Counted from the stretch's first letter, positions 52,965 to 62,349 are shown. The stretch is DNA of 64,000 bases from a bacterium (GCA_963669175.1 OY769902.1:64001-128000); one strand, 5' to 3'. Notes: a model not told the origin generated them from the letters alone. Made by a program: numbers and translations.

Positions 52965-54035
52965 TTAGGCAAACTTCTCTTTCAATAACGTATCTCGTAT
53001 CCACGCCGCAGCGCCATGCAGGGCGTTCTCGTACGGTTTCACCAGGCGCGGTCCCACCATTTTCTCCAACGTCAGATCGGTCGGTGGGTGCTCACGTTTC
53101 CTCGCAACTCCCGCTGGCAACATTTCGCCTTCAGCATCGAATGCTGATTCCGAATCCAGCAGGCCGGTTTCACCACCGGCATACTCATGCAGGGCGCTTC
53201 GAATACCTTCACGCAGATACCAGCCGCCACCCTCACAAACGCTACCGAGCATTGCGACCAGCAAATCCTCGTTGGGTAAGTTCAACTGCTGCGCAACCCG
53301 GACAGCCGTTTCACCAAGCATTTGTCCGGCTTGACGCATGATTCGTTGCGCCGCTTCATCTCCTTTTTCTGCAAGGTCCGGGACATGGGCGGCCAGATTA
53401 CTGATCCTGCCACGATTGAAATCGTCACGGTAGGCTATCGGGAAGAGCCCGTACGGCTCATCCACGCCGAACTCGTCCAGTAGCAGCGAAGTCAGCTCTG
53501 TTGATGTTCCGCTTTCATGAGCGAAGAGGACCTCACGCACCACCTCCCGCCCGATCCACCAGCCGCTGCCATCATCGCCCAGCATCCAGCCCCAACCGCC
53601 TGCACGAGCTTCTCTGCCTTCCGAATTACGACCATAAGCGATGGACCCGGTCCCCGAGGTGAGCAATACTCCCGGTCCGCCTTCAAACGCCCCATACTGG
53701 GCAATGAAAGCGTCATGATGCACTATAATACGGCTGTTGGGCCAACGTAATTTCAGGATACGTTTGACTTCCGCGCGCGCGTCTTCCGCCCCTGCCCCGG
53801 CAATCCCAATCCCGATCCCTGCCGGGTCATCAGGACGAAACTTCGAGGCGAGGTAAAGCAGACGCACCAGCTCCGCCAGGACAACGCCAACGTCATACGG
53901 TTCACCCTGGCGCAGGTTGAAACCTTCGCCCGATACTTCTTTAAACACCTCGCCGGACAGGTCACCCAGCAGGGCTTTGGTGGAAGTTGCGCCCATATCG
54001 CAGGCAACAATCAGCCGTTGGCGCATCTCAGGCAT
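52965..54035 (-). CDS. BadF/BadG/BcrA/BcrD-family N-acetylhexosamine kinase-like ATPase
   Basis: DMGATST, GIAGAG, HDA, SGTGSIAYG, RAGGWGWMLGDDGSGWWIG. Confidence 0.88.
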   Translation of the reverse strand: MPEMRQRLIVACDMGATSTKALLGDLSGEVFKEVSGEGFNLRQGEPYDVGVVLAELVRLLYLASKFRPDDPAGIGIGIAGAGAEDARAEVKRILKLRWPNSRIIVHHDAFIAQYGAFEGGPGVLLTSGTGSIAYGRNSEGREARAGGWGWMLGDDGSGWWIGREVVREVLFAHESGTSTELTSLLLDEFGVDEPYGLFPIAYRDDFNRGRISNLAAHVPDLAEKGDEAAQRIMRQAGQMLGETAVRVAQQLNLPNEDLLVAMLGSVCEGGGWYLREGIRSALHEYAGGETGLLDSESAFDAEGEMLPAGVARKREHPPTDLTLEKMVGPRLVKPYENALHGAAAWIRDTLLKEKFA

Positions 54036-55512
54036 GCCACGGTCCCTCGTGTCTGTTCAGCTTCCGGCGACGATTTACTGCATTGGTGCGAGCCAGTGTC
54101 TTGGCTTTGATCTTGTCCGCCGGTTGACGCAGAGCATCGGTGTTGTCAGGGTGCCTGCGATAACGATAGCTGACATCGTGTACGCGGAGAACGTCATATT
54201 TCTCTCCGGCTTTCAGCACCAGGTCATAATCTTCACCATAATTCGGGAAGTCTGTTTCCTGGAAACCACCGAATTCCTGGATCACGCTCTTGTGCCAGCA
54301 ACGTAATGCCCCGGCCCCGTCAACGCGCATGATGTTGTTCAGGTTATATTCAAGGTGCTTGATCACCCCGAACTCTTCCAGTACCGTCCCGGCTTCATCC
54401 ATCAACTCGTAATAACTGATAGCAAGCCCGGCTTTCGGGTGACGTTCCAGATGATCAACCATTTTCTCAAGGGTATGCGGCACGTATTCATCATCGGAGT
54501 CAAGCTGCGCGATATAGCGCCCACGTGCCGCTCGGACGCCCATGTTCAACGCTTTAGCGATCACGTTGACATCATTCTTCAGCAACTTGATTCGGTCATC
54601 TTTCCGTGTGTATTCCTCAACCACTTCGATCGTATTGTCCGTGGAAGCATTATCGACAACGATGATCTCGAAGTTCTGCAACGTGCCGCGCAGCACGGAT
54701 TCTATCGCCAGGGGAATGAAACGCGCGCGGTTAAAAACGGGGATGACGACTGTGACAATAGGATCATTCTCCCCGACAGGGGCGGGTGTCACCGTATTGT
54801 CCCTTTCAGCAAGGAAAGCGCCACGTCGTTTCAGGCAATTGTAGAAAACCTCTTCTGTCTCCTTCTCCTCTTCCGGTTTCATAAACAGGTAGCTGAAGCC
54901 GCCGAAAGCGCCTTTCCCGGGAAAGAACAGAGCGTCCGCCTTGCTGCTTTTTTCCTCTTCCGGGGGATCAATGCGGTAGGTGGACTTCTGAATATGCGCA
55001 ACTTCGCCGATTTCAGCCAGCTTCAAGCGTAAATCGTAAAACGTGGTATATTTCAACGTCGGATCTGCGCCGCCAATCTTCCGCAGCGCCCGCCCGGGCA
55101 ATCCCCAGATCGCGCCCCAGTCTTCACGTTCAGTCAAATCATCTCGAAGAGGATACAAACTGATTTCATCCGTTCCCATGGTATAATCCGATACGATCAG
55201 CGAGGCATTCGGATTTGCTATGAACGCATCCATGAACGCCTGCTTGATACCGGGTTGGGGACGTGTGCCCGGTGGAATCCACAAATACAGGTCAGCGCCA
55301 TGATTGTGCCGTGCCGCCTCGATCAAGCCACCGATAGTCGGCTCATTCCACTCAACCGCCTTTACGTCAGGCCCGACAGGCGCCTCTTCACCATCATGAC
55401 GACCATACAGAACTGGCAGACGACACTGGCGCAATGACATCAACGTACAGACTACTTTATCAGGCTTGGCGCCCGAAGCTGGAAGCAGTGCGTAAATAAT
55501 GGGTTCCGGCAC
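54028..55512 (-). CDS. Glycosyltransferase family 2 (degenerate N-terminal GT-A plus GT2 domain)
   Basis: VVIPVFNR, IIVVDNASTD, QLDSDD, YGEDY; GTG start. Confidence 0.9.
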   Translation of the reverse strand: MPEPIIYALLPASGAKPDKVVCTLMSLRQCRLPVLYGRHDGEEAPVGPDVKAVEWNEPTIGGLIEAARHNHGADLYLWIPPGTRPQPGIKQAFMDAFIANPNASLIVSDYTMGTDEISLYPLRDDLTEREDWGAIWGLPGRALRKIGGADPTLKYTTFYDLRLKLAEIGEVAHIQKSTYRIDPPEEEKSSKADALFFPGKGAFGGFSYLFMKPEEEKETEEVFYNCLKRRGAFLAERDNTVTPAPVGENDPIVTVVIPVFNRARFIPLAIESVLRGTLQNFEIIVVDNASTDNTIEVVEEYTRKDDRIKLLKNDVNVIAKALNMGVRAARGRYIAQLDSDDEYVPHTLEKMVDHLERHPKAGLAISYYELMDEAGTVLEEFGVIKHLEYNLNNIMRVDGAGALRCWHKSVIQEFGGFQETDFPNYGEDYDLVLKAGEKYDVLRVHDVSYRYRRHPDNTDALRQPADKIKAKTLARTNAVNRRRKLNRHEGPWHA

Positions 55513-55629
55513 AAGATTCTCCCTGTTGAGAGGTTGGTGAATGGATACCGCTAAGGTAAAAATCCGGAGAGCAAAAAAACACCCCCGAAACCGTGATTCC
55601 GGGGGATGATATGGATAGCTGAAAGCAGC

Positions 55630-56106
55630 TTAAATCGAAAACTCGTCTTTGTCGTAATCGCTGTATTCCGGAATCGGAATACCGCGCTTCACTTCCGAAG
55701 CCCAGATGTCTTCCAGGATCGGACGCGCCATTTCAGCTCCGATCTTTGTATAGAGGAAGAACTTATTGCCCCATTGAGCAACCTGTTTATTGTTCTTCAA
55801 GGCGATGTCAACATCAATAGCAGTTGGCAACCTGCGATAGGCTTTGCCCACCACGTAGACTGCGCTGCCGAACTCGTTGCGACGTAAGATGTAGTTCTGA
55901 CCGTAGAGACGCTTGTAGTCGTTGGCCCGGACAAAATGCGGCTTCGGAATACGTTTTTCAAAGAGTTGCGCCAGTTTCTTCTTCTTGGCGTCCTCATCAA
56001 GATCGGCTAAATTCAAACGCTTTTTACCGCGATCGTGGTCAACACGTTGATCAACAATCTGGTTAACCCGATCGCGCTTTTCCTGTGAATCTTTGGGATG
56101 GTTCAT
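55630..56106 (-). CDS. Hypothetical protein
   Basis: 158-aa ORF with a GGGAG RBS and a terminator-like hairpin at about 55573-55605. Confidence 0.65.
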   Translation of the reverse strand: MNHPKDSQEKRDRVNQIVDQRVDHDRGKKRLNLADLDEDAKKKKLAQLFEKRIPKPHFVRANDYKRLYGQNYILRRNEFGSAVYVVGKAYRRLPTAIDVDIALKNNKQVAQWGNKFFLYTKIGAEMARPILEDIWASEVKRGIPIPEYSDYDKDEFSI

Positions 56107-56373
56107 GGACTCTCCCGTGCTGGTTGCTTTCTACAGAGCAGAACTTACGCTCAACTCCCTGAAATCGCAAGAGCTACCATTGCACGGAGACACTGGGTAA
56201 ACCTATATGCCGCTTTAACATTCAACGATTTTTTCAATGGCAGGAGACTCCGTTACCTGGTAGTCGTGAAAAGATTTTCTGGATTGATGCAGGAACAAGC
56301 GAAAATCTCACAGGGAACCTCATATATTCCTGATCAAGTTCATAACACCATGATTCACCAGGGCAGGCAAGCC

Positions 56374-56901
56374 ATGCACAAACTGGTTACAGCTTTTATT
56401 GTCTTGTTGTTTTTGATAGCAGCAAGCTTTTCATTCGCCCAGGAGGAAACACCCATGAATGTTGATCCCAAGGTTGACGGTAAACTCAATTTCTTTAAGC
56501 GCATCATAGGTTCTCCCGCCACAAAACCTCCACGGGATACGGGCTGCTGGCATGTGGAAGGAAACAAGCTGATCGTTGAACTGAAGCGTGCCCCGGAACT
56601 GAACGAAATCGGCGGCGCTATCCGTCTGGAGAGTGATGAGCTGTCAACACGTGTGCTGCTCTTCCGTGGCGATGACAACCAGCTCCACGCCTTCTGTAAC
56701 AAGTGTACCCATGCGGGACGTCGCCTCGATCCTGTCCCCGGAGCAGGAACTGTCCAATGCTGCTCCGTTGGACGCACGACCTGGGATTACGAAGGTAACA
56801 CACTTCGCAATGAAGAGAACGCACACGCTACAGTCTTTCCGCTTGTGGAAAACGATGGTTTTGTAACCATCACGTTGGAAGGTACGGACGAAGCGAAGTA
56901 G
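56374..56901 (+). CDS. Rieske-like [2Fe-2S] domain protein with an N-terminal signal peptide
   Basis: MHKLVTAFIVLLFLIAASFSFA; HAFCNKCTHAGRRL...VQCCSVGRTTWDYEG. Confidence 0.75.
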   Translation: MHKLVTAFIVLLFLIAASFSFAQEETPMNVDPKVDGKLNFFKRIIGSPATKPPRDTGCWHVEGNKLIVELKRAPELNEIGGAIRLESDELSTRVLLFRGDDNQLHAFCNKCTHAGRRLDPVPGAGTVQCCSVGRTTWDYEGNTLRNEENAHATVFPLVENDGFVTITLEGTDEAK

Positions 56902-56937
56902 TACCGTTCGGCAGATGAAAACTCGATAATGTGGTAA

Positions 56938-57399
56938 AGCCTGGACGAAAAGGGGACGGAATCCTTGTATGTCATTCCCATTCCCATGTCATCCCCGGCT
57001 TGAACGGGGATCTCGAAGTTCGGAAAAGGAAGCTGTACCCTTTTCGCAGTGAGACAACTGAAACACACGATGTGCAAGTATTGTCCATCTCCCGAGTTGC
57101 TTCCTGTATACATCACAGCGGGAAAAACCTGCAAACATAGTTGACACTTTGGGGATTCCTGCATCATATGTGGCAAGTCGGGCCATGCGGGCAAGAGTGT
57201 TATTCCACTCTCATTCGGTCGGGTGGCCCGATCCGCAAGTGATTGATTTTCCATAGCTGTTGCCGCCAGAATACTCCCACACAAGCAAATCGAATCGCTT
57301 CACTCCGAGCGCATCGGGACTGAGAAGAAGATACCGGCAAAAGTGATCAGTCGCTTCGCTTCAGCGTGTTTCAAGCCGTCGGGGCCAAGTTCTTTCACT
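56938..57399 (+). repeat. Composite dispersed repeat, modules A-B-C-E(partial)
   Basis: Near-identical to 60453-60840; ends GGGGCCA-AG-TTCTTTCACT, overlapping the stop codon at 57398. Confidence 0.92.
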
Positions 57400-59389
57400 A
57401 CTTCACATAAAACAGCTTTCGTGTCGTAGTCCAGCCCAGATCATTGGTCAGGGCAAGCAAATACAGTCCTGACGCCCCTTCCGGCGTCCAGGTGAAACCA
57501 CGATACCCGCGTTCCACCGATCCACTCGCCAACACCGCCACCTCACGTCCCAGCACATCATAGACAGCCGCATGCAACTCGCATGGTTGCGGCACAGCTA
57601 CCACGATTCGAGCCGATGCGTTGAAAGGATTCGGATAAAGCTCCTTGATAGCGAACTCCGTGGGCAACCCATCGTCCGTTTCCGGCATAAAATCCTCGAC
57701 AACAACAAAGCTGTTGGTTGTTGTGGACCACGCTTCCAGTGTCAACGGATCACGCACCCGGACACGCCACCAGGTAAACTCGTTCTGCGGAAAATCCGGC
57801 ACAACAAGGACCGTATCATTAACGATCAGCGTAGTATCGGCATTGGTAAACGACGGATTGTTCGCGATCTCAACACGGTACGTCAAGTCATCTTCTTCGT
57901 TGGCATCAAAAGATGGTTGCCAGCGGAACACCACCGTATCCCCAACAACGATCTCGTTTTCCGAAGGAAATACCAAATCGAACGATTGTGGCGGTAGCCA
58001 GGGAGTACAAGGCTCGGTTTCGAAAGGTATCACGTCCGTATCTATCGCAACTGTATCCCCCAATCCATCCGGATTCTGTGCAGCTTGATACGGCCCGCTC
58101 GGATCACCCCAGTAGTTATAGAAAACATCCAACTGGCTGTATTCCGGGTATTCCCGTTCTTGGGCAGCCGCAGGACCGTTTTGATAATAAAAGTCGTTAT
58201 AACAAAGCGTTAGATTCGAGTTTAATGCAGCGCCAACACATGCATTGTAGAACAAGCGATCACTGTAGCAAGAATAGTTCTGGTTTCGTATATAAAGATT
58301 GTGATGTCCATGTGCTAACACTTCTGGATCATTACCATGAAATGCATATGAACCGCTGCTTTGGCAACCCATGTTTAAAAGAAATATATTATGATGAAAT
58401 TCATAACTACCGAGAATACCCATAGCCGCAGCATCACCATTTGTATAATTATGAATGAAAGTATTATATGAACATATAACAGAATCTATTGCTGCATTTA
58501 GCCATAATCCACCACCAGCTCCCATGCGCCCGTTGTCAAAATCCCTCTCTGCATAATTACTGTCAAAATAGTTACTGTCTATTCTACAAAACACCATATT
58601 CATAACACTTAAGCCACCTCCAACAGCTGATTCGTTTTCTAGAAAACGATTGTTGACTATGGTCCAGCTTCCTCGAGTAATGGAACCATAAATATCTGCT
58701 CCACCACCAATATTTTTTGACCAGTTATTAACAAAGGTATTCCCGCGAAGTGTGCCGGACGAAGATCCTGACGCCAACCCACCACCTTCAAGAGACGAAG
58801 CTATATTATTAATAAACCTGTTGTTAACTACACAATAGGTTCCCCTGTCGATTCCCAATCCGCCACCATTTGTTGTTGAAGTGTTGTTGCTGAAAGCGCA
58901 ATTGGTGATTTCTCCATCACATCCCCAGAGTGAAGCGCCGCTCCCTCTGTTAGCGGAGTTGGACTCAAAGTGGCAATGCTCCAATATGACTGTTGAGTAG
59001 CGTGCCCTGAAACCACCTCCATACCCGTTTGTTACTTCACCACCCGCCAGAGTTAATCCGACAAGCCGAAATGTGCCTTCGAGAGAATCAGCCAGCGTAA
59101 GAGGGCGGTTGGTGCTGTCCGGGTCAAAATTGCATACGATGCGGGTGTTGGAGATGTGTTGCTCCAGGCTATCCTGCAGAAATAGAGATGCTAAGGTGAG
59201 ATCCTGTGTTGTAATAATGACTCGCTCGATATACTCGCCTTCCGCGACTAGAATTGTGTCGCCAACTACGGAATGATCAACAGCTTCTTGAATTGTAAGA
59301 TAGTCCGCGGGAACAGACAGTATCGTTCCCATTCCTGCAGAACTCACAGTCAGTACAACCAATATGCCGAATTGAGCTATTCTTCGCAT
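57398..59389 (-). CDS. Secreted right-handed beta-helix protein with an FN3-like domain and Por/T9SS-type CTD
   Basis: VPADYLTIQEAVD...GDTILVAEGEY, GGG/FxxN repeats, NYWGDPSGPY, LYPNPFN...SGLYLL...KLFYVK. Confidence 0.87.
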   Translation of the reverse strand: MRRIAQFGILVVLTVSSAGMGTILSVPADYLTIQEAVDHSVVGDTILVAEGEYIERVIITTQDLTLASLFLQDSLEQHISNTRIVCNFDPDSTNRPLTLADSLEGTFRLVGLTLAGGEVTNGYGGGFRARYSTVILEHCHFESNSANRGSGASLWGCDGEITNCAFSNNTSTTNGGGLGIDRGTYCVVNNRFINNIASSLEGGGLASGSSSGTLRGNTFVNNWSKNIGGGADIYGSITRGSWTIVNNRFLENESAVGGGLSVMNMVFCRIDSNYFDSNYAERDFDNGRMGAGGGLWLNAAIDSVICSYNTFIHNYTNGDAAAMGILGSYEFHHNIFLLNMGCQSSGSYAFHGNDPEVLAHGHHNLYIRNQNYSCYSDRLFYNACVGAALNSNLTLCYNDFYYQNGPAAAQEREYPEYSQLDVFYNYWGDPSGPYQAAQNPDGLGDTVAIDTDVIPFETEPCTPWLPPQSFDLVFPSENEIVVGDTVVFRWQPSFDANEEDDLTYRVEIANNPSFTNADTTLIVNDTVLVVPDFPQNEFTWWRVRVRDPLTLEAWSTTTNSFVVVEDFMPETDDGLPTEFAIKELYPNPFNASARIVVAVPQPCELHAAVYDVLGREVAVLASGSVERGYRGFTWTPEGASGLYLLALTNDLGWTTTRKLFYVK

Positions 59390-59410
59390 AGTTATTCCCT
59401 ATGGTGAAAA

Positions 59411-59443
59411 ACCGGCTCTGTTCTACATATTTACAGAGCCGGT
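59411..59443 (-). terminator. Hairpin between the two cassette genes
   Basis: ACCGGCTCTGT...ACAGAGCCGGT followed by Ts on the minus strand. Confidence 0.65.
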
Positions 59444-59459
59444 CTAATTTCAGGAAGAA

Positions 59460-59846
59460 CTAATTACTCAACAGTTCGAGGAAGAAATGCACTTGAGCGT
59501 AAGTTGGTTGTTCGTTTCCTGTACTAACAAGCTGAACCCATGTCCAGTCATCAATGTTAATAGGACAATTGTCCAACCAGCACGTTGTTCCGTTGACTAG
59601 GGCATCATGGGAAAATTGCCAATTAAAGCCATCATCAAGATAAGAAGTACAATGCCACTGCCCTGCAAACCCATAAGGTGTAGTTGCAGTTTTTAATGTA
59701 TTGTCATCACCAAGATCTGTACTCAATGGCACCTGATACGTTGCTTCTGCCGCAGGACGTGTATTTGACCAGGAATCCGATAATACCGGCAGTGCAATCA
59801 GCGCTACCACGAGTAACCCAAGTACGACTTTCGTCATCGTTTTCAT
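59460..59846 (-). CDS. Small secreted hypothetical protein (3 Cys)
   Basis: GGAGG RBS, signal peptide MKTMTKVVLGLLVVALIALPVLS; AT-richer than core genes. Confidence 0.75.
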   Translation of the reverse strand: MKTMTKVVLGLLVVALIALPVLSDSWSNTRPAAEATYQVPLSTDLGDDNTLKTATTPYGFAGQWHCTSYLDDGFNWQFSHDALVNGTTCWLDNCPINIDDWTWVQLVSTGNEQPTYAQVHFFLELLSN

Positions 59847-59922
59847 GATGACCTCCCAATGTAGGATAGAATAGTGGCCTCATGCCACTTGAATAATCGA
59901 TTTCTTGAAATAAAACGCTCTT

Positions 59923-59955
59923 AAGATACCCCCCCCCCCCCATATGCGATGTCAA
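59923..59955 (-). promoter_or_regulatory. Sigma70-like promoter with a G13 homopolymer in the spacer
   Basis: Minus strand TTGACA-TCGCATAT-G13-TATCTT; 21-bp spacer as assembled. Confidence 0.7.
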
Positions 59956-60067
59956 GTAAAAATGTGTAAAAATCCAGATTTTTTATGGAACGCCGGTACA
60001 AGGGCTCTACGAGAATGATGCTTTCTGGTGAGTAATGATGTTTAGAGGAGACAGGAAATGATGAAGT

Positions 60068-60417
60068 CTGGACGAAAAGGGGACGGAATCCTTGTATGTC
60101 ATTCCCATTCCCATGTCATCCCCGGCTTGAACGGGGATCTCGAGGTTCGGAAAAGGAAGCTGTACCCTTTTCGCAGCAGAGAAACGTAAACACTGGAAAC
60201 AGAATAGAGACGGTTGGCCGATGCGCATGTGATTAATTTTCCATAGCTGATACCGCCAGAATTCTCACACACAAGCAAGACCTATCGCATCACTCCGAGC
60301 ACATCGGGACTGAGCGAAAGACACCTGCAAAAGGGGACAGTCACCTTTTCGATTACCGTATCATGAAACCTCACCAACGCGCGACGAAAAGGAAACAGTC
60401 CCCTTTTGCTGCAACCT
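60068..60417 (+). repeat. Composite dispersed repeat, modules A-C-D2
   Basis: 60068-60177 is near-identical to 56941-57049; module B is replaced by a short unique segment. Confidence 0.9.
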
Positions 60418-60452
60418 TTTTTTACACTCAAGTAGCCAATGGAGTGATAAAA

Positions 60453-61031
60453 CCTGGACGAAAAGGGGACGGAATCCTTGTATGTCATTCCCATTCCCAT
60501 GTCATCCCCGGCTTGAACGGGGATCTCGAAGTTCGGAAAAGGAAGCTGTACCCTTTTCGCAGTGAGATGACTGAAACACACGATGTGCAAGTATTGTCCA
60601 TCTCCCGAGTTGCTCCCTGTATACATCACAGCGGGAAAAACCTGCAAACATAGTTGACACCTTGGGGATTCCTGCATCATATGTGGCAAGTCGGGCCATG
60701 CGGGCTAGAGTATTATTCCACTCCCTTTCGGGTGGCCCGATCCGCAAGTGATTGATTTTCCATAGCTGATACCGCCAGAATTCTCACACACAAGCAAGAC
60801 CTATCGCATCACTCCGAGCGCATCGGGACTGAACAGAAGACTCCGCAAAAAGGGACAGCCACCTTATGAAACCCGACAGCAAGCAGTCGGGCCAAGCGCG
60901 CTCTACGTGAAAAGGAACCAATCCCCTTTTGCTGCAACCTTACTACAGGCGGACTGATGCTCTATGTAGAATAAACCCCGCCGGGCAGCTGCTTCCGCTT
61001 CGCTTCAGCGTTCTTCAAGCCGTCGGGGCCA
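60453..61031 (+). repeat. Composite dispersed repeat, full-length A-B-C-D-E
   Basis: First part matches 56940-57330; last 300 bp match 30175-30475. Confidence 0.92.
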
Positions 61032-61047
61032 AAACTGAAACGTACCC

Positions 61048-61722
61048 CTACCGTCCCATCATCAGGCGATCAGCGAGAAAGCCGGGCAGTCCGGCATCGA
61101 GAATCGCCTTGGCAGCAGTTTTGATCTCGTAGTCGAGACGCACCAGTTTACGCGCACCGGTCACGTTATCGAACAGCGTATACGCGGCTTTCGGGTTACC
61201 GTCACGTGGTTGTCCGGCAGAGCCGACATTGATCAGACGGCCAGAGCGGGTACGATGATCGTTGGGGACGTGAGTATGCCCGATAAAGGCGGTAGGGCAG
61301 GGTGAGACTTCCATGGCGTAGGCGGCATCGAGGTCGGTGAAAACATAGGGCCATCCCTCCGGGGTGCGTGGGCTGGCGTGGCAAAAAAATAAGCTCTGTT
61401 CTTTGTGGGTATAGGGAAGGTTCTTCAGGTATTCCGTGTTCTCGTCGGTCAGGGTTTCGCCGGTCCAGACCGCAGCACGGTGCGCATACTGGTTGAACCA
61501 GGTGATGTCCTGCAACCCGACGGCAGCGTGATCATGGTTCCCGGCCAGTACCACATCAGACACCTCTCTGACCGCATCGACCACTTCATTCGGATGGGCG
61601 CCGTACCCGACCAGGTCACCCAGGCAGATCACCTTGTCGGGTTTGTGACATAAAATATCCTCAAGAACAGCCTCAAGGGCGTTCATGTTGCCATGAATGT
61701 CCGAAAACAACGCAAACAGCAT
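61048..61722 (-). CDS. Metallophosphoesterase (calcineurin-like)
   Basis: SDIHGN, LGDLVGYG, GNHD, GHTH, NVGSAGQPRDG. Confidence 0.93.
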   Translation of the reverse strand: MLFALFSDIHGNMNALEAVLEDILCHKPDKVICLGDLVGYGAHPNEVVDAVREVSDVVLAGNHDHAAVGLQDITWFNQYAHRAAVWTGETLTDENTEYLKNLPYTHKEQSLFFCHASPRTPEGWPYVFTDLDAAYAMEVSPCPTAFIGHTHVPNDHRTRSGRLINVGSAGQPRDGNPKAAYTLFDNVTGARKLVRLDYEIKTAAKAILDAGLPGFLADRLMMGR

Positions 61723-61726
61723 GATC

Positions 61727-62281
61727 TTACTCCTGCTGTGCGGGGGGCTTCACATTATTTTTCTTTTTTCGCGGGTTTTTCGAACCGGAGGCATTGGGAT
61801 TGCCCTTGCCTTTTCCGGAAGTGTTGTTCGACTCAAATACACTGTTGTTCTTGATCTTGCGGATCTCTAATTCCCGCTCGTTATAGATGGCATCCAGGAT
61901 ACCATTGATAAACCGGCCGGATTGATCGGTTGAATACTCTTTTGCCAGCTCGATCGCCTCGTTGATCGAGACTTTCGGCGGCACATCTTTCAGGTAGAAC
62001 AGCTCGCACAAAGCCAGTCGAAGAATCAACTGATCGAGCAGGGCGATACGTTCCAAGTCCCAGCGTTCCGCCTTGGTACGTATCATCTCCAACAGTTCCT
62101 GCTTGTGCTGCACCGCCAATACGACCTGGTTACGTCCGAAATCCAGGTAGCGCTGTTCTCCTCCGATCACCAGTTCATCAAATGCCTGCCGTGGCTCGTG
62201 TTTACCTATCTCCACGGCATAGAGCACCTGCAACGCTCTTTCGCGAGCTTCGTGACGGCTGTTTGCGTTGCCGGCTTCCAT
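61727..62281 (-). CDS. nusB: Transcription antitermination factor NusB
   Basis: [37 protein letters not shown]. Confidence 0.96.
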   Translation of the reverse strand: MEAGNANSRHEARERALQVLYAVEIGKHEPRQAFDELVIGGEQRYLDFGRNQVVLAVQHKQELLEMIRTKAERWDLERIALLDQLILRLALCELFYLKDVPPKVSINEAIELAKEYSTDQSGRFINGILDAIYNERELEIRKIKNNSVFESNNTSGKGKGNPNASGSKNPRKKKNNVKPPAQQE

Positions 62282-62307
62282 TTTACTATTGAATCTCCTG
62301 GATGAAT

Positions 62308-62349
62308 GAAAAAAAGCGTACCCTGCAAACCCTCTGTTGCAGGGTACGC
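62308..62349 (-). terminator. Intrinsic terminator after ilvE
   Basis: GCGTACCCTGCAA...TTGCAGGGTACGC 13-bp stem with a T run. Confidence 0.8.

Noticed and set aside
56098-56373. N-terminal extension of the Rieske ORF
   Set aside because: It overlaps the divergent gene start and intergenic region; the signal peptide begins at ATG 56374.
56787-57284. Repeated 'hypothetical proteins' (also 60007-60747, 30024-30708, 45370-45822, 5186-5539)
   Set aside because: These are translations of the non-coding composite repeat; starts and stops differ between copies.
30175-61031. Classical integron or diversity-generating retroelement
   Set aside because: No integrase, no clear RYYYAAC...GTTRRRY attC boxes, no reverse transcriptase, and repeat differences are not adenine-specific.
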